Below, piece by piece: positions 28,429 through 38,993 of a DNA stretch of 64,000 nt. Made by a program: the position numbers and the translations under genes. Where the stretch lies: contig JBMCHT010000001.1 in assembly GCA_048617235.1 (NCBI GenBank), forward strand, positions 54,043 to 118,042, read 5' to 3'. Source of the stretch: Patescibacteria group bacterium (GTDB lineage: Bacteria > Patescibacteriota > Minisyncoccia > Phycocordibacterales > XYD1-FULL-46-19). The notes beneath the pieces were generated by a model. The model ran no database searches and had not been told where the DNA came from. It saw only the letters and a program-made list of their open reading frames with translations. Every line of letters begins with the position of its first letter. Positions within the stretch are counted from its first letter, which is position 1.

Positions 28429-30168
28429 TTATTGATTATTAACCAAACCACGATCCGGTGGCACTTCATAATAACTTAAAAGAAAATCCGCCAAAGAAAC
28501 AAACGGTTCAACTAATGTATCCGAGGCAAATCTAACTCCTTCTCCTTGGGGTTCTATTAAGTACATAAAAACTAAAAATTGCGGTTCATAAGCCGGATAA
28601 TAACCAAAAAATGAGTGTAAATTTCTACTCTCTTCATAACCGCGACCGGTGGTCTGAGCTATTTGAGCCGTACCGGTTTTGGTAGCTATGCTGTAATTAG
28701 TCATTTTATATTTACCTCCCAATAAAGCCGAATCGAAAGCATTGACTAAAATTTGAGTTATCTCTTCAGTGGCCTTATCTGACAATACTCGGATTGGACT
28801 TGGTCTGTCAAGTAACTCTTCTCGACCATCCCGGTAATTTATTTTTTCTATAATATAAGGAGTAATTAAAAAACCGCCATTAGCTAAAGTGGCAAAAGCT
28901 CTGGTTAAAGCCAAAGGAGTAACAGCAATTCCTTGCCCGAAAGAAACCGTAGCATACTCAACTTGACGCGGACTCTGGAGATTAGAAACCAAGCTTTTAA
29001 CTTCATTTGGTAATTCAATCCCGGTGGTTTCTCCTAAACCGAAATTATACATATACTCCCGAAAAACTTCCCGACCCAATTGTTGCATTATAAAAACAAC
29101 TCCGGTATTTAAAGAATCATCTATTATTTTTTGCATATCTACCGTCCCTCGGCTTTTTTTATCGTAATTATGAATTCTAAAACCATCTAAGACAATTGAA
29201 CCCGCATCGTAATAAGTGGTCTCCGGTGAAACTACTCCGGCATCAAAACCGGCTACCATGGTTAAAGGTTTAAAAACCGAACCCATTTCAAAAACCCTTT
29301 CCACTAAAGGATTAGATAAAACCGCCAGATCTGATTGACTTTCTCCAGGATTAAAATCCGGCCAAGCCATCATACCCAAAATTTTACCATCACGAGGATC
29401 CATAATAACAGCACCGGCATTTTTAGCCTGAAATTTTTCAACTGTTTCTCGCATTTCTTTTTCCAGTCGTCTTTGAACCGTCGGCTCTATGGTTAAAACT
29501 AAATCTCCTTGATTATCAGATGGCTTTTCTTTGTCTTTTTGCCAACCAAAAAATATTTCAGCAAAAAAACTGGAAAAAGTACCACTTTGTTCATGGGTTA
29601 AAATATGATTAAAAGCTTTTTCCAATCCATAACGACCTTCCAGATTATAACCGTCATAACCAATTAAACCTAAAACATGACTAGCGGTTCGACCAGCCGG
29701 ATAATGTCTTTTTTTGTCGGCTCTAACACTAACCCCTCTTATATTTAAATTTTTAACTGCTTCTGCTTCCTCTTCCGTTAAATCTTGAGCTATTAACTGA
29801 TAAGCAGTTTCCTTGCGCCCGGCTCGGTCATTAAAAAATTCTTCATCTATATCCAAAACATTATCTAATAAATCATAAACCATAGCCGGTTGTTTAATTA
29901 AACGAGGATCTATAATAATGGAAAAATTTTGTTGCAAAATAGCAGCTGGCAATAAATCACCCTCTAAAGTGGTAAAAAAAATAGACCCCCGATTAAAATG
30001 AGGTCTGATTGTTCCTTGAAATTGATTATTAGCTCGAGTTCGTAAAGTTTCCCCTCTAACTATTTGCAAATCAAATAATCTGTAAGTAAAAAAAGAAGCC
30101 AAAAACAAAACTCCAATCAATATCAAATAAAGACGCAGGCGATTGTCATTAAACTTTATTTTAAACAT
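28429..30168 (-). CDS. ftsI: Class B penicillin-binding protein (FtsI)
   Basis: EMGSVFK (SxxK), SLN and KTGTAQ motifs; follows mraZ-rsmH-ftsL. Confidence 0.9.
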   Translation of the reverse strand: MFKIKFNDNRLRLYLILIGVLFLASFFTYRLFDLQIVRGETLRTRANNQFQGTIRPHFNRGSIFFTTLEGDLLPAAILQQNFSIIIDPRLIKQPAMVYDLLDNVLDIDEEFFNDRAGRKETAYQLIAQDLTEEEAEAVKNLNIRGVSVRADKKRHYPAGRTASHVLGLIGYDGYNLEGRYGLEKAFNHILTHEQSGTFSSFFAEIFFGWQKDKEKPSDNQGDLVLTIEPTVQRRLEKEMRETVEKFQAKNAGAVIMDPRDGKILGMMAWPDFNPGESQSDLAVLSNPLVERVFEMGSVFKPLTMVAGFDAGVVSPETTYYDAGSIVLDGFRIHNYDKKSRGTVDMQKIIDDSLNTGVVFIMQQLGREVFREYMYNFGLGETTGIELPNEVKSLVSNLQSPRQVEYATVSFGQGIAVTPLALTRAFATLANGGFLITPYIIEKINYRDGREELLDRPSPIRVLSDKATEEITQILVNAFDSALLGGKYKMTNYSIATKTGTAQIAQTTGRGYEESRNLHSFFGYYPAYEPQFLVFMYLIEPQGEGVRFASDTLVEPFVSLADFLLSYYEVPPDRGLVNNQ

Positions 30169-30179
30169 TTGTTTTGATT

Positions 30180-30503
30180 TTAATCAGTTGTCAAGCTGAC
30201 TACGGCTATTGGAGAAGTTTGTCTCTCGGCAAATATTATTCTATCTTTAGCATTTTCAAAACCCAAAGACTTAGCTAAATCCATATCTATCTGCTCGGAT
30301 AGATTTATAAATCTTTCAGTTAATACCGACACCTCTGTTTCCAATCTGGCAATGTCTAATTGACCTTGATCTCGATCTACTACATAAGCTATAGACTGAT
30401 TCAATAAAAACAAATATAAACCCAAAAATACGAGCAAAACAAAAACCACCGACCAAAAAAGTCTTTTCTGCCATTTTAAAATTTTAGAAGCAATAGTGGT
30501 CAT
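30180..30503 (-). CDS. FtsL-like cell division protein
   Basis: One TM segment plus coiled coil, AKSLGF; positioned between rsmH and ftsI. Confidence 0.7.
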   Translation of the reverse strand: MTTIASKILKWQKRLFWSVVFVLLVFLGLYLFLLNQSIAYVVDRDQGQLDIARLETEVSVLTERFINLSEQIDMDLAKSLGFENAKDRIIFAERQTSPIAVVSLTTD

Positions 30504-30535
30504 AATATTTTATTTATTTTCAAAATTATATTTAC

Positions 30536-31432
30536 TTATATTTTCTCTATAATTCTCAATTGAGCACTTCTGGCTCTGGGATTTTTTAAAATTTCAGCTC
30601 TGGTGGCTTTAATAGCGTTTTTAGTTATAATCCGACCTTCTTGTTTTAATTTAAAATCCTTAAAAACATCTTTGGTAACTTTAGCTTCCAAACCATGAAA
30701 AGAAATTACCGCCAAGCGTCCACCTTTATCTAAATGTTTCCAAATACCGATCATCCCTTCTTTTAAAGCTTCTAACTCTTCGTTAACTGCTATTCTTAGA
30801 GCTTGAAAAACCTTGGTGGCAAAATGCAGTCTTCTAGATTGTCCGGTTACCGGCTCCAAAACTTCCAATAAATCTCCAACTGTCAATAATGGTTTATTTT
30901 TCCGAGCCTTGACTATAACTTTGGCATAAAGCCTGGCTTTTTTTTCTTCACCGTAATAAAAGAAAATATCAGCCAACTCTTGTTCGGAATAACTATTCAA
31001 AATATCCGCCGCTGTCATTTTGGATTCCGGCTCCCCTGTCCCCAAGCTCATAATTAAAGGATCAGTCGGAACTTGAAAAGATAAACCGCGACCGGCAGTC
31101 AATTGATCGGAACTAAAACCTAAATCTAAAAGAGCACCGTTTAATTTATCTATTCCCAAATTTTTTAAAATAATATCAGCTCGACGAAAATTATCCTTAA
31201 CCGAAGTCACCTTAATAGCATATCTATGAGACAAATCTTCAATATTGTTCAAAGCTTGCTCATCCATATCAAAACCAATCATATGACCACCGGGAGTAAT
31301 AGCTTGAGCCAATAAATCGGCATGACCTCCTCCACCAATTGTTCCATCTAAAACTGTTTGCCCCGATTTCAAATCCAAACCGGCTACAACCTCATCCGGC
31401 AATACCGCTTGATGATTAGAGTTTACCGACAT
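30536..31432 (-). CDS. rsmH: 16S rRNA m4C1402 methyltransferase
   Basis: DGTIGGGGH, LDLGFSS, FQALRIAVNEE and NPRARSAQLR motifs. Confidence 0.96.
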   Translation of the reverse strand: MSVNSNHQAVLPDEVVAGLDLKSGQTVLDGTIGGGGHADLLAQAITPGGHMIGFDMDEQALNNIEDLSHRYAIKVTSVKDNFRRADIILKNLGIDKLNGALLDLGFSSDQLTAGRGLSFQVPTDPLIMSLGTGEPESKMTAADILNSYSEQELADIFFYYGEEKKARLYAKVIVKARKNKPLLTVGDLLEVLEPVTGQSRRLHFATKVFQALRIAVNEELEALKEGMIGIWKHLDKGGRLAVISFHGLEAKVTKDVFKDFKLKQEGRIITKNAIKATRAEILKNPRARSAQLRIIEKI

Positions 31433-31850
31433 GTCCCAATTGTTCTGCTAAAACATCAGCTTGCTTGCGAGTATCGGCACTATGACTGTCCCAACGATCT
31501 TCATCCCAAATTTCTACCCTGGTATATACTCCGGCCACTACAACTTTTTGTTTTATTCCGGAAAAATTTTTTAAAAAATCCGGCAATAAAACTCGACCGG
31601 CCTTATCTATTTCCGCTTCTACCGCTCCGGATAACATAAAACGACTGATCCGACGATTATCGGCTTGACCGATAGATAAACCGGCTAAATGAGCCGCTAC
31701 CACTTCCCATTCTTTTTGAGGATAGACAAATAAACAATTGTCAAAGCCGTGAGTAATTATCACCTTTCGACCTAATTCTTTACGAAATTTAGCCGGCAAA
31801 GCCAGACGTTTTTTCGCATCTAAGGTATGATGATATTCTCCTATTAACAT
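31416..31850 (-). CDS. mraZ: Transcriptional regulator MraZ
   Basis: MLIGEYHHTLDAKKRLALP, DKAGRV and EIW motifs. Confidence 0.97.
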   Translation of the reverse strand: MLIGEYHHTLDAKKRLALPAKFRKELGRKVIITHGFDNCLFVYPQKEWEVVAAHLAGLSIGQADNRRISRFMLSGAVEAEIDKAGRVLLPDFLKNFSGIKQKVVVAGVYTRVEIWDEDRWDSHSADTRKQADVLAEQLGHVGKL

Positions 31851-31870
31851 ATTAATAATTTATATAATTA

Positions 31871-31915
31871 CCCACTTCGACCCACCTAATGACATTATAT
31901 ACCACCTGAGCCCAC
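31871..31915 (-). promoter_or_regulatory. MraZ operator (GTGGG repeats) flanking the -10 box
   Basis: CCCAC at 31871, 31881 and 31911 plus ACCAC at 31901, in 10-bp phase; TATAAT on the minus strand at 31894-31899. Confidence 0.8.
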
Positions 31916-31932
31916 TTAACCAAATAATCCAC

Positions 31933-31941
31933 TGTGGATAA
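31933..31941 (-). promoter_or_regulatory. DnaA box upstream of mraZ
   Basis: TGTGGATAA, which is an exact TTATCCACA on the minus strand. Confidence 0.55.
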
Positions 31942-31996
31942 ACAAAAAACCGGCTAATTTTAAGCCGATTTAATTTAAATTTTAAAATTATATTAT

Positions 31997-33451
31997 TTAT
32001 TCCGGACGAACTAAAGGAAAAAGAGTGGCTTCTCTTAAAGTTTTATCAGCCAAAAAAGCAAACAATCTTTCACCAACTCCAAAACCAAAAGTTGGAGGCA
32101 TACCATGTTCTAACATTTGAACATAATCCCAATCCGGCATCATAGCTTCTTCATCTCCGGCTTGTAACAATTTAGCTTGTTCTTCAAATCTACGAGCTTG
32201 TTCTTGAGGATCATTTAATTCGGCATGAGCCCGCCCCAACTCACTACCGGCTAAGATTACTTGAAAAGTTTTGGTTAAACGTGAATCATCTTCAGATAAA
32301 CTGGATAAAGGAGCCACTATTTTAGGATGATTTACTAAAAAAGCCGGACCGCTTATTTGTTTACGACAATATTTCCATAAAGAATCTGTCATTCTTTCTC
32401 GATTATCACCCTCATATTCAACTTGTAATTCTTTTAATTTAGCCCGGAGATCATTTTCAGTAACTTCTAAAACATTAATTCCAGTCATAGATAGAATAGT
32501 ACTAACATAATCTAATTCTTCCCAATCATCGGCTAAATCAAATTTATAACCTCTGGTTTCAAAAGATGTCCTCCCAAACACTGTTTGAGCGATGGTGCGA
32601 TATAATTCTTTTATCATTTCTTGTCCAACGGTAAAATTCAAATAGGCGGCATAAAATTCCATATTAGTAAACTCTTGTAGATGATCGGGACTACTACCTT
32701 CATTCCTGTAAACCTTACCAATTTCATAAGTTCGAGGATAACCGGCGGCTATTAATCTTTTTTGCCATAATTCCCCTACTGAGATTCTTAAATATAGATC
32801 TATATCAAAATCATTATGATAAGTTTTAAAAGGACGAGCTTCGGCTCCTCCGGTGGTTAATTCTAAAGTTGGAGTTTCAACTGCCATAAACCCTTTTTCT
32901 TCTAAAAATAATCTAATTGTTTTCCAGAATAGACTTTTTTTAATAAATAAATCCTTTAACTCCGGATTGGTTAGTATATCTAAATAGCGTTTACGTAATC
33001 TTGTTTCCTCATCTTTGAGACCGCTCCATTTATTCGGTAAAGGTTGTAAACTTTTAACCAAAATATTCCAGGCTTTAGCTTCTAAACTTGATTGTCCTGT
33101 CTTGGTTAAAAAAGCATAACCGGTAACTTCGATCACATCTCCAATATCTATCGCTTGCTCAAATAAATCAAATTGCTTATCTGTTAGATTATCTTTCTTT
33201 AAAATTACCTGACCTTTAGCCGAACCATCATCAATATCTACAAATAACAGACCACCCTGACCTCTTTTGGCCATAATTCGTCCAACTAAAACCACTTCTT
33301 CATTACCATCCAATCTTTTTTTAAAATTAGTTAAAAAACTCTGCCAAGTTTCAGTTAGCCGACAATTATTTGCATACGGTCTATAACCGGCCGCCTGTAA
33401 TATCTCTAATTTTTTAAGACGATCTTTTTTTATTTCTTCTAAAGAAGCCAT
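31997..33451 (-). CDS. lysS: Lysyl-tRNA synthetase (class II)
   Basis: RKRYLD, GGAEARPF, YRNEG and GMPPTFGFGVG motifs. Confidence 0.96.
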   Translation of the reverse strand: MASLEEIKKDRLKKLEILQAAGYRPYANNCRLTETWQSFLTNFKKRLDGNEEVVLVGRIMAKRGQGGLLFVDIDDGSAKGQVILKKDNLTDKQFDLFEQAIDIGDVIEVTGYAFLTKTGQSSLEAKAWNILVKSLQPLPNKWSGLKDEETRLRKRYLDILTNPELKDLFIKKSLFWKTIRLFLEEKGFMAVETPTLELTTGGAEARPFKTYHNDFDIDLYLRISVGELWQKRLIAAGYPRTYEIGKVYRNEGSSPDHLQEFTNMEFYAAYLNFTVGQEMIKELYRTIAQTVFGRTSFETRGYKFDLADDWEELDYVSTILSMTGINVLEVTENDLRAKLKELQVEYEGDNRERMTDSLWKYCRKQISGPAFLVNHPKIVAPLSSLSEDDSRLTKTFQVILAGSELGRAHAELNDPQEQARRFEEQAKLLQAGDEEAMMPDWDYVQMLEHGMPPTFGFGVGERLFAFLADKTLREATLFPLVRPE

Positions 33452-33456
33452 TTAAC

Positions 33457-33918
33457 TTATTTTATCTCCTTGATTTTATATTCAATTTCTCCATTAGGAG
33501 TTCTTACTTTTACTGTATCACCTTTTTTAAAACCCAGCAAAGCACTACCCAAAGGAGATTCATGAGAAATCTTTCCGGTTTTCATATCGGTTTCGGCCGA
33601 ACCGACAATATTATACTCCACTTCTTTATCACTATTTGTTTTTTTAACCACTACAGTTGAACCTACTTCTACAATATCTCCATGTTTATCTGAGATTATA
33701 GTGGCATTTTTTAACATCTCTTTAATTTGAGAAATACGAGCTTCCAGATCCGCTTGTTTTTCTCTGGCTTCATGGTATTCAGCATTTTCAGATAAATCTC
33801 CCAAAGAAGTGGCAAACTCTAACTCAGAAGCAACCTCTCGCCTTTTAACTGTAGTTAACAATTTTAGTTCTTCCTCTAATTCTTTATATTTTTCAGCACT
33901 TAAATAAATCTCAGTCAT
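33457..33918 (-). CDS. greA: Transcription elongation factor GreA
   Basis: GDLSENAEY and ISHESPLG motifs. Confidence 0.97.
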   Translation of the reverse strand: MTEIYLSAEKYKELEEELKLLTTVKRREVASELEFATSLGDLSENAEYHEAREKQADLEARISQIKEMLKNATIISDKHGDIVEVGSTVVVKKTNSDKEVEYNIVGSAETDMKTGKISHESPLGSALLGFKKGDTVKVRTPNGEIEYKIKEIK

Positions 33919-33983
33919 AAAATATTGTTTTAAAATGAATAATCAGGATAGCATTATAAAGGAAACCGTTTTAAAAGTCTACT

Positions 33984-35669
33984 TTATTTTAAAAAATATT
34001 CCGGCCTATTTTCTTCTATCCAATCAAATAAACGGCGACTGGCCGTGCCGGCTCCAACATTACCCTCTCGAGACCCTCGCTCCATCACTAAAGCAAAAGC
34101 ATAAACCGGATTATCCATTGGCCAAAAGCCAATCATCCAAGAATTGACAAATTTTTTACCGGCATCTATTTCAGCCGTTCCGGTTTTAACCGCCATCTGC
34201 ACTCCGGGGATATTCAAGCTACGGGCTGTACCTTCTGTGGTAGTCATGCGCATACCTTCTCTAACTACCTGCAAATTTGATTCATTTAAATCCAGATCAA
34301 CATACTTTGGTTCTTGATTCATCACTAAAGCAGGAGTAAGTAATCGACCGGAGGCAATAGCGGCCGACAACCTGGCCATTTGTATCGGGGTGACCAAAAA
34401 ACCAAACTGACCAATAGCCGTATGATAAGTATCTCCTAAGCGCCAAGCATCTCCATCAAAACGAGAGGCTTTCCATTCCGGATTAGGAATTATTCCTTTA
34501 GACTCATTAGGTAGAGGAATACCGGTTTTTTGACCTAAACCAAATAAATGGCCGTAATCATAAATACGACTTATACCCAAACCCGGCTGATCACCATAAC
34601 CACCACCTATATAATAAAAATAAATATTAGAAGATACTGCCAAAGCTTGCCTTAAATTTGTCGAACCATGATTTTCCCAATCCATAAAAATACTGGGTTG
34701 ATCGGGAAAATAAGGATTAGCTACTTCTAATCTGTCGCTACTGACTATTGCTTTATCCGGCCTAATAATTCCTTCCTCCAAAGCGGCCACCGCTATATAG
34801 GGTTTAACAATAGAACCGGGAGTATAAACTCCGGATAAAGCCCTGTTCAAAAAAGGTTGTCGCGAATCATTAAAATATTCCTGTAAAACAGACAATGGAT
34901 CTCTATTTGTTACCACTTGAGAAGAGAATTCGGGATAACTTACCAATGAAATTAGTTCCCCACTATTAACATCCATCATTACAAAAGCGCCACCGGTAAA
35001 ATTATGATCATCCGCTATATCGGCTAGAATCTCATAAGCTTTTTCTTGTAAACTGGCGTCTATGGTTAATTCCAATTTATTACCAGATTGAGATAGACGC
35101 AAAACGTGATCAGATAAAATTTGCCCTCGAGCATCGGTTTCCTCTATTTTTACTCCGCGTTGACCGGCTAAAACATCATTAAAAGTTAATTCTACTCCGG
35201 TCTGACCGATCCATTCTTCTGGATGCCAACGACCGGTAGATAGTTGTTCATCATTAGGCAAACCTACAAATCCCACCACGTGAGCCAAGCCCTGCGAATC
35301 CGAATATAAACGTTTTCCATCTTGGTTCCAAGCCAACAATTCTCCGTATCTATCGGTAATATAACCTCTCTCAGGAAAAATAACTTGATGACTTAATTTG
35401 TTAATCTCGGATCTCTTTGCCAAATCCCCACCTTTAACCACCTGCACAAAAACCACCTGTAAAAATAAAAGGAATAAAACCGCTAAAGAAAAAAATCCTA
35501 AAACCAAAATATGTTTTTTTTCAATCGGTTGAACCAAACGCCCTTCCAGCTGCTGATTATTTACACTGGGCAAATTGCGACTATCCAACATTATTTCATC
35601 AGGAAAAATTTCTCCTTTAGATTTTTTTTTTGAAAAACGTCTTTTATTAAAAAACATAAAATTCGCCAT
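33984..35669 (-). CDS. mrdA: Penicillin-binding protein 2
   Basis: PGSIVK, SSN and KTGTAE motifs; downstream of mreBC. Confidence 0.9.
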   Translation of the reverse strand: MANFMFFNKRRFSKKKSKGEIFPDEIMLDSRNLPSVNNQQLEGRLVQPIEKKHILVLGFFSLAVLFLLFLQVVFVQVVKGGDLAKRSEINKLSHQVIFPERGYITDRYGELLAWNQDGKRLYSDSQGLAHVVGFVGLPNDEQLSTGRWHPEEWIGQTGVELTFNDVLAGQRGVKIEETDARGQILSDHVLRLSQSGNKLELTIDASLQEKAYEILADIADDHNFTGGAFVMMDVNSGELISLVSYPEFSSQVVTNRDPLSVLQEYFNDSRQPFLNRALSGVYTPGSIVKPYIAVAALEEGIIRPDKAIVSSDRLEVANPYFPDQPSIFMDWENHGSTNLRQALAVSSNIYFYYIGGGYGDQPGLGISRIYDYGHLFGLGQKTGIPLPNESKGIIPNPEWKASRFDGDAWRLGDTYHTAIGQFGFLVTPIQMARLSAAIASGRLLTPALVMNQEPKYVDLDLNESNLQVVREGMRMTTTEGTARSLNIPGVQMAVKTGTAEIDAGKKFVNSWMIGFWPMDNPVYAFALVMERGSREGNVGAGTASRRLFDWIEENRPEYFLK

Positions 35670-35671
35670 AA

Positions 35672-35941
35672 TTAATAATCGGACCAAAACCAAATCGGTC
35701 GCCACAGGTCAGCCAATAAAACTAAAGCTATAGTGGTTAACAATAACCAAACAGCCATTAAAAAATACTCGGACCATAAAGGCCAAAAAACCAAAGTAAT
35801 AAATAAAACCCACAAAGGCCATTCGTAAAAATAAGGGAAAAGCCAAGAGCCAATTAAACCTAAAATCCAAACCGGCCACCAAACACCAAATAAACACACC
35901 CCAAGCATTAACAATAACCAATGATAGCGTTTAATTGCCAT
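35672..35941 (-). CDS. Small hydrophobic protein in the MreD position
   Basis: 89 aa, Trp-rich and hydrophobic, between mreC and mrdA. Confidence 0.5.
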   Translation of the reverse strand: MAIKRYHWLLLMLGVCLFGVWWPVWILGLIGSWLFPYFYEWPLWVLFITLVFWPLWSEYFLMAVWLLLTTIALVLLADLWRPIWFWSDY

Positions 35942-36743
35942 ATATTTCTACCCAAGTTATCTTATCCAAACTCAAAGGTAAGCCAACATAAACATTCAAT
36001 AAAGAACTGCTAGTTTCCTCTTCGGTGGCAGTTACTACTCCTATTAAATCTCGACTACCGGCCAACCAAACCGGATCTCCAATTTCAATTGGTGAATCAA
36101 GCGGAATGGTTCCAATCCAAGAACCACTACCTTGACCGTTTAAAACAAGAGGAAAAGACTCCCAGCCAACAATCACAGGGACTTCAACGCCAACCGAAGA
36201 ATAAAGTTTGACCATCAAATTTTCCCCTGATTGTTTTATTATCTGACCTAAAATTAAAGTACCATCTATTTTTACCAAATCCCCTTCCTGAATAGAAGTT
36301 TTATCCTCTTGTTTTACATCTATCATTAAAATATCAAAACCCATAAAAGTTGGCCCAGCCAATACCCGACCTACAGCTTTAGGTAAGAATTCCTCTTCCT
36401 CTCTTTCAAAAACTCGACGTAATTCTTTTAACTCAACCAAATTATCCAACCACTTAACTCTTTCTATTTCCAATTTATTTACCTTTTCAACCAATTCTTG
36501 ATTAGTCTCTATTAATTTTTTTTTAGTAGAAAACCAACCACCGGATTGCTCTTCCAATTCAGCTATATTCCTATCACCCCACCACCAGAATTTAGCCAAA
36601 AACCAAGAACCACCACTTAGATAATTAGCTCCAAAAAACAAAATAAACAACAATACAACCAAACCCAAACCAAACCAATAAATAGATTTTCTTTTTTTAT
36701 CTCTGTTTTTAAAAACAGTTTTTTTATCGAGGAGGTAGTTCAT
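35931..36743 (-). CDS. mreC: Rod shape-determining protein MreC
   Basis: TM plus coiled coil plus beta-rich domain; directly after mreB. Confidence 0.8.
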   Translation of the reverse strand: MNYLLDKKTVFKNRDKKRKSIYWFGLGLVVLLFILFFGANYLSGGSWFLAKFWWWGDRNIAELEEQSGGWFSTKKKLIETNQELVEKVNKLEIERVKWLDNLVELKELRRVFEREEEEFLPKAVGRVLAGPTFMGFDILMIDVKQEDKTSIQEGDLVKIDGTLILGQIIKQSGENLMVKLYSSVGVEVPVIVGWESFPLVLNGQGSGSWIGTIPLDSPIEIGDPVWLAGSRDLIGVVTATEEETSSSLLNVYVGLPLSLDKITWVEIYGN

Positions 36744-37776
36744 CTTCATTATCAATTAAAAATTCTTGATAATTTGGCAAATCATCTAAAATAATACCCG
36801 TTCCTTTTACTACGGCCAAATGAGGTTCTTCAGCCAAAGACACTGAGATAGATAATTCTCGAGTTAAAAGCTCAGGTAAACCAATAATCAATGACCCACC
36901 CCCGACTAAAATTATACCTCTTTGCATTATATCAGCTACCACTTCCGGAGGGGTGATTTCCAAAACTTCTTTAATAGAATCCAATAATTGAACCACTGAA
37001 CCGGAAATAGCCTCCCTTATATCGGAGTCAGTAATAACTACCTCGCGTGGCAAACCAGTTACCAAATCTCGCCCTCTAACTGTAAATTCTACTGGCTCAT
37101 CCGGTTTAATGACCGTACCAATAGAGGTTTTTATATCTTCGGCTGTTTTTTCCCCAATTAAAATTTTAAATTCATCTCTAATATAAGAAATAATATCATT
37201 ATTAAAATGAAGTCCGGCGATATTAATATTTTTAGATTGAACTACTCCTCCAAGAGAGATAACGGCAATATCGGTAGTTCCACCACCCATATCCACTATC
37301 ATATTACCTACCGGATCATTAATCGGTAAACCTATACCTAAAGCGGCAGCCATGGTTTCTTCCACTAAATAAACTTCTCTAACTCCGGCATTTCTAACCG
37401 CATCCCTAATTGCCCTCCTTTCGACATTAGTAATCCCCGAAGGCACACCAACTACCAATCTGGTTCTAAAAATCTTTTTTCCGGCAGATAATAAACTTTT
37501 TCTTAAAAAATAAGCCAACATCTCTTCAGCTACTTCAAAATTTGAAATAACACTATTCTCTAAAGGCCTAATAGCATTAATATGACTCGGGGTTCGACCA
37601 ATCATTAATTCAGCATCTTTACCCACCGCCACTATGCGATCGGTTTTTTGATTCACCGCCACAATAGAAGGTTCTACCATCATTAAACCTTGATTGGGAG
37701 AATATATCTGGGTACTAATAGTCCCCAAATCCATTCCCAGATCCTCAGTAAAAGTATTGAAAAAATTTTTAAACAT
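36724..37776 (-). CDS. mreB: MreB-family actin (operonic copy)
   Basis: DLGT, EPSIVA, DMGGGTTDIAVISLGG and GIILVGGG motifs. Confidence 0.93.
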   Translation of the reverse strand: MFKNFFNTFTEDLGMDLGTISTQIYSPNQGLMMVEPSIVAVNQKTDRIVAVGKDAELMIGRTPSHINAIRPLENSVISNFEVAEEMLAYFLRKSLLSAGKKIFRTRLVVGVPSGITNVERRAIRDAVRNAGVREVYLVEETMAAALGIGLPINDPVGNMIVDMGGGTTDIAVISLGGVVQSKNINIAGLHFNNDIISYIRDEFKILIGEKTAEDIKTSIGTVIKPDEPVEFTVRGRDLVTGLPREVVITDSDIREAISGSVVQLLDSIKEVLEITPPEVVADIMQRGIILVGGGSLIIGLPELLTRELSISVSLAEEPHLAVVKGTGIILDDLPNYQEFLIDNEDELPPR

Positions 37777-37864
37777 AATTAAAGCAGTAAAAAGGAAATC
37801 CTTTTTCACAAATCAAGCATAAACTAAAAACCGACAACGGTCAAAATTTAAAAATAATTATTAT

Positions 37865-38980
37865 TTATCTAAATAGTAGAATAAATAACTCGTCAACTGT
37901 CAAATAAACCATTAAAGCTATTAATAAAACAAAACCAACCAAATTAAACCAAGAGATTACCGCCTGATTAAATTCTTTTTTTCTGATTGCTTCCAAAGCT
38001 AAAATAAATAATCTCCCTCCATCTAAAGCCGGAAAGGGAATAAAATTAATTATAGCTAAATTTATAGAAATCAAAACTATTAAACTGGCTACATAAATAA
38101 ATCCCATACTGGAAGTCTCTCCCACTAAACCAGCCAACCCAACCGGTCCGATTAATTGGTCAAATGGTGATTGACCGACAAAAATTCCGCTTAAAATTTC
38201 AAATAAGGATTGTAAAATTAAAATAGTTAAACTAAAAATCATTTTCAAACCAACTACCGGCGCTTGCCACCAAACAGTTTTAACCAAACCAATTTGATTT
38301 AATTCCACTCCCAAGGCTCTTTTGCCATTTGGTCGAAAACCCGTCGTTGGTTCCAATACTATCGACTGCTTCTCTCCTGTAGTTGATAATACTTCCAAAC
38401 CGATTTCTTTCGCTTCCATTTGCTCTATCAATAAAGACAACTCTTCCGCTTGTTGAATGTCTTCTTTTTTATTATTCAAAATAACTGCTTCTATTTCTTG
38501 GCCGGCCATTAACCCTGCTTTATCTGCTGGGGAATCTGAAACAACTTGTTGAATAACCACCGGACCTGTTTCTAAAATTTCAAAGTTTTCAGATAAACCG
38601 GCCAGACTCATAGGCCATCCAATAATCAAACCAATAGATAAAACAATCCAAGCAAAAAGTAAATTAAAAACTACTCCGGCCGCCAATACTGCCGCTTGAA
38701 TTCTTTTAGATTTATCCGGTAAACGACGACCTTTTGTTTCATCAGTCAGACCAGAACCCTCTATTTCATCTTCACCGGCCATTTTTACAAATCCTCCAAA
38801 AGGAATCATGTTTATAGAATAGATTGTTTCTCCTATTTTTTTAGAATATAACTTGGGCGGAAAACCCAAACCAAATTCTTCCACTTTAATTCCAAAAAAT
38901 TTAGCCACACTAAAATGACCCAATTCATGAACAAATATCAATAAGGTTAAAATAATTAAAAAAAATAAAATGGAAATCAT
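37865..38980 (-). CDS. rseP: Site-2 intramembrane metalloprotease with PDZ domain (RseP)
   Basis: HELGH, IPFGGFV and NFIPFPALDGG motifs. Confidence 0.92.
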   Translation of the reverse strand: MISILFFLIILTLLIFVHELGHFSVAKFFGIKVEEFGLGFPPKLYSKKIGETIYSINMIPFGGFVKMAGEDEIEGSGLTDETKGRRLPDKSKRIQAAVLAAGVVFNLLFAWIVLSIGLIIGWPMSLAGLSENFEILETGPVVIQQVVSDSPADKAGLMAGQEIEAVILNNKKEDIQQAEELSLLIEQMEAKEIGLEVLSTTGEKQSIVLEPTTGFRPNGKRALGVELNQIGLVKTVWWQAPVVGLKMIFSLTILILQSLFEILSGIFVGQSPFDQLIGPVGLAGLVGETSSMGFIYVASLIVLISINLAIINFIPFPALDGGRLFILALEAIRKKEFNQAVISWFNLVGFVLLIALMVYLTVDELFILLFR

Positions 38981-38993
38981 CAGCTTGGTTTAA

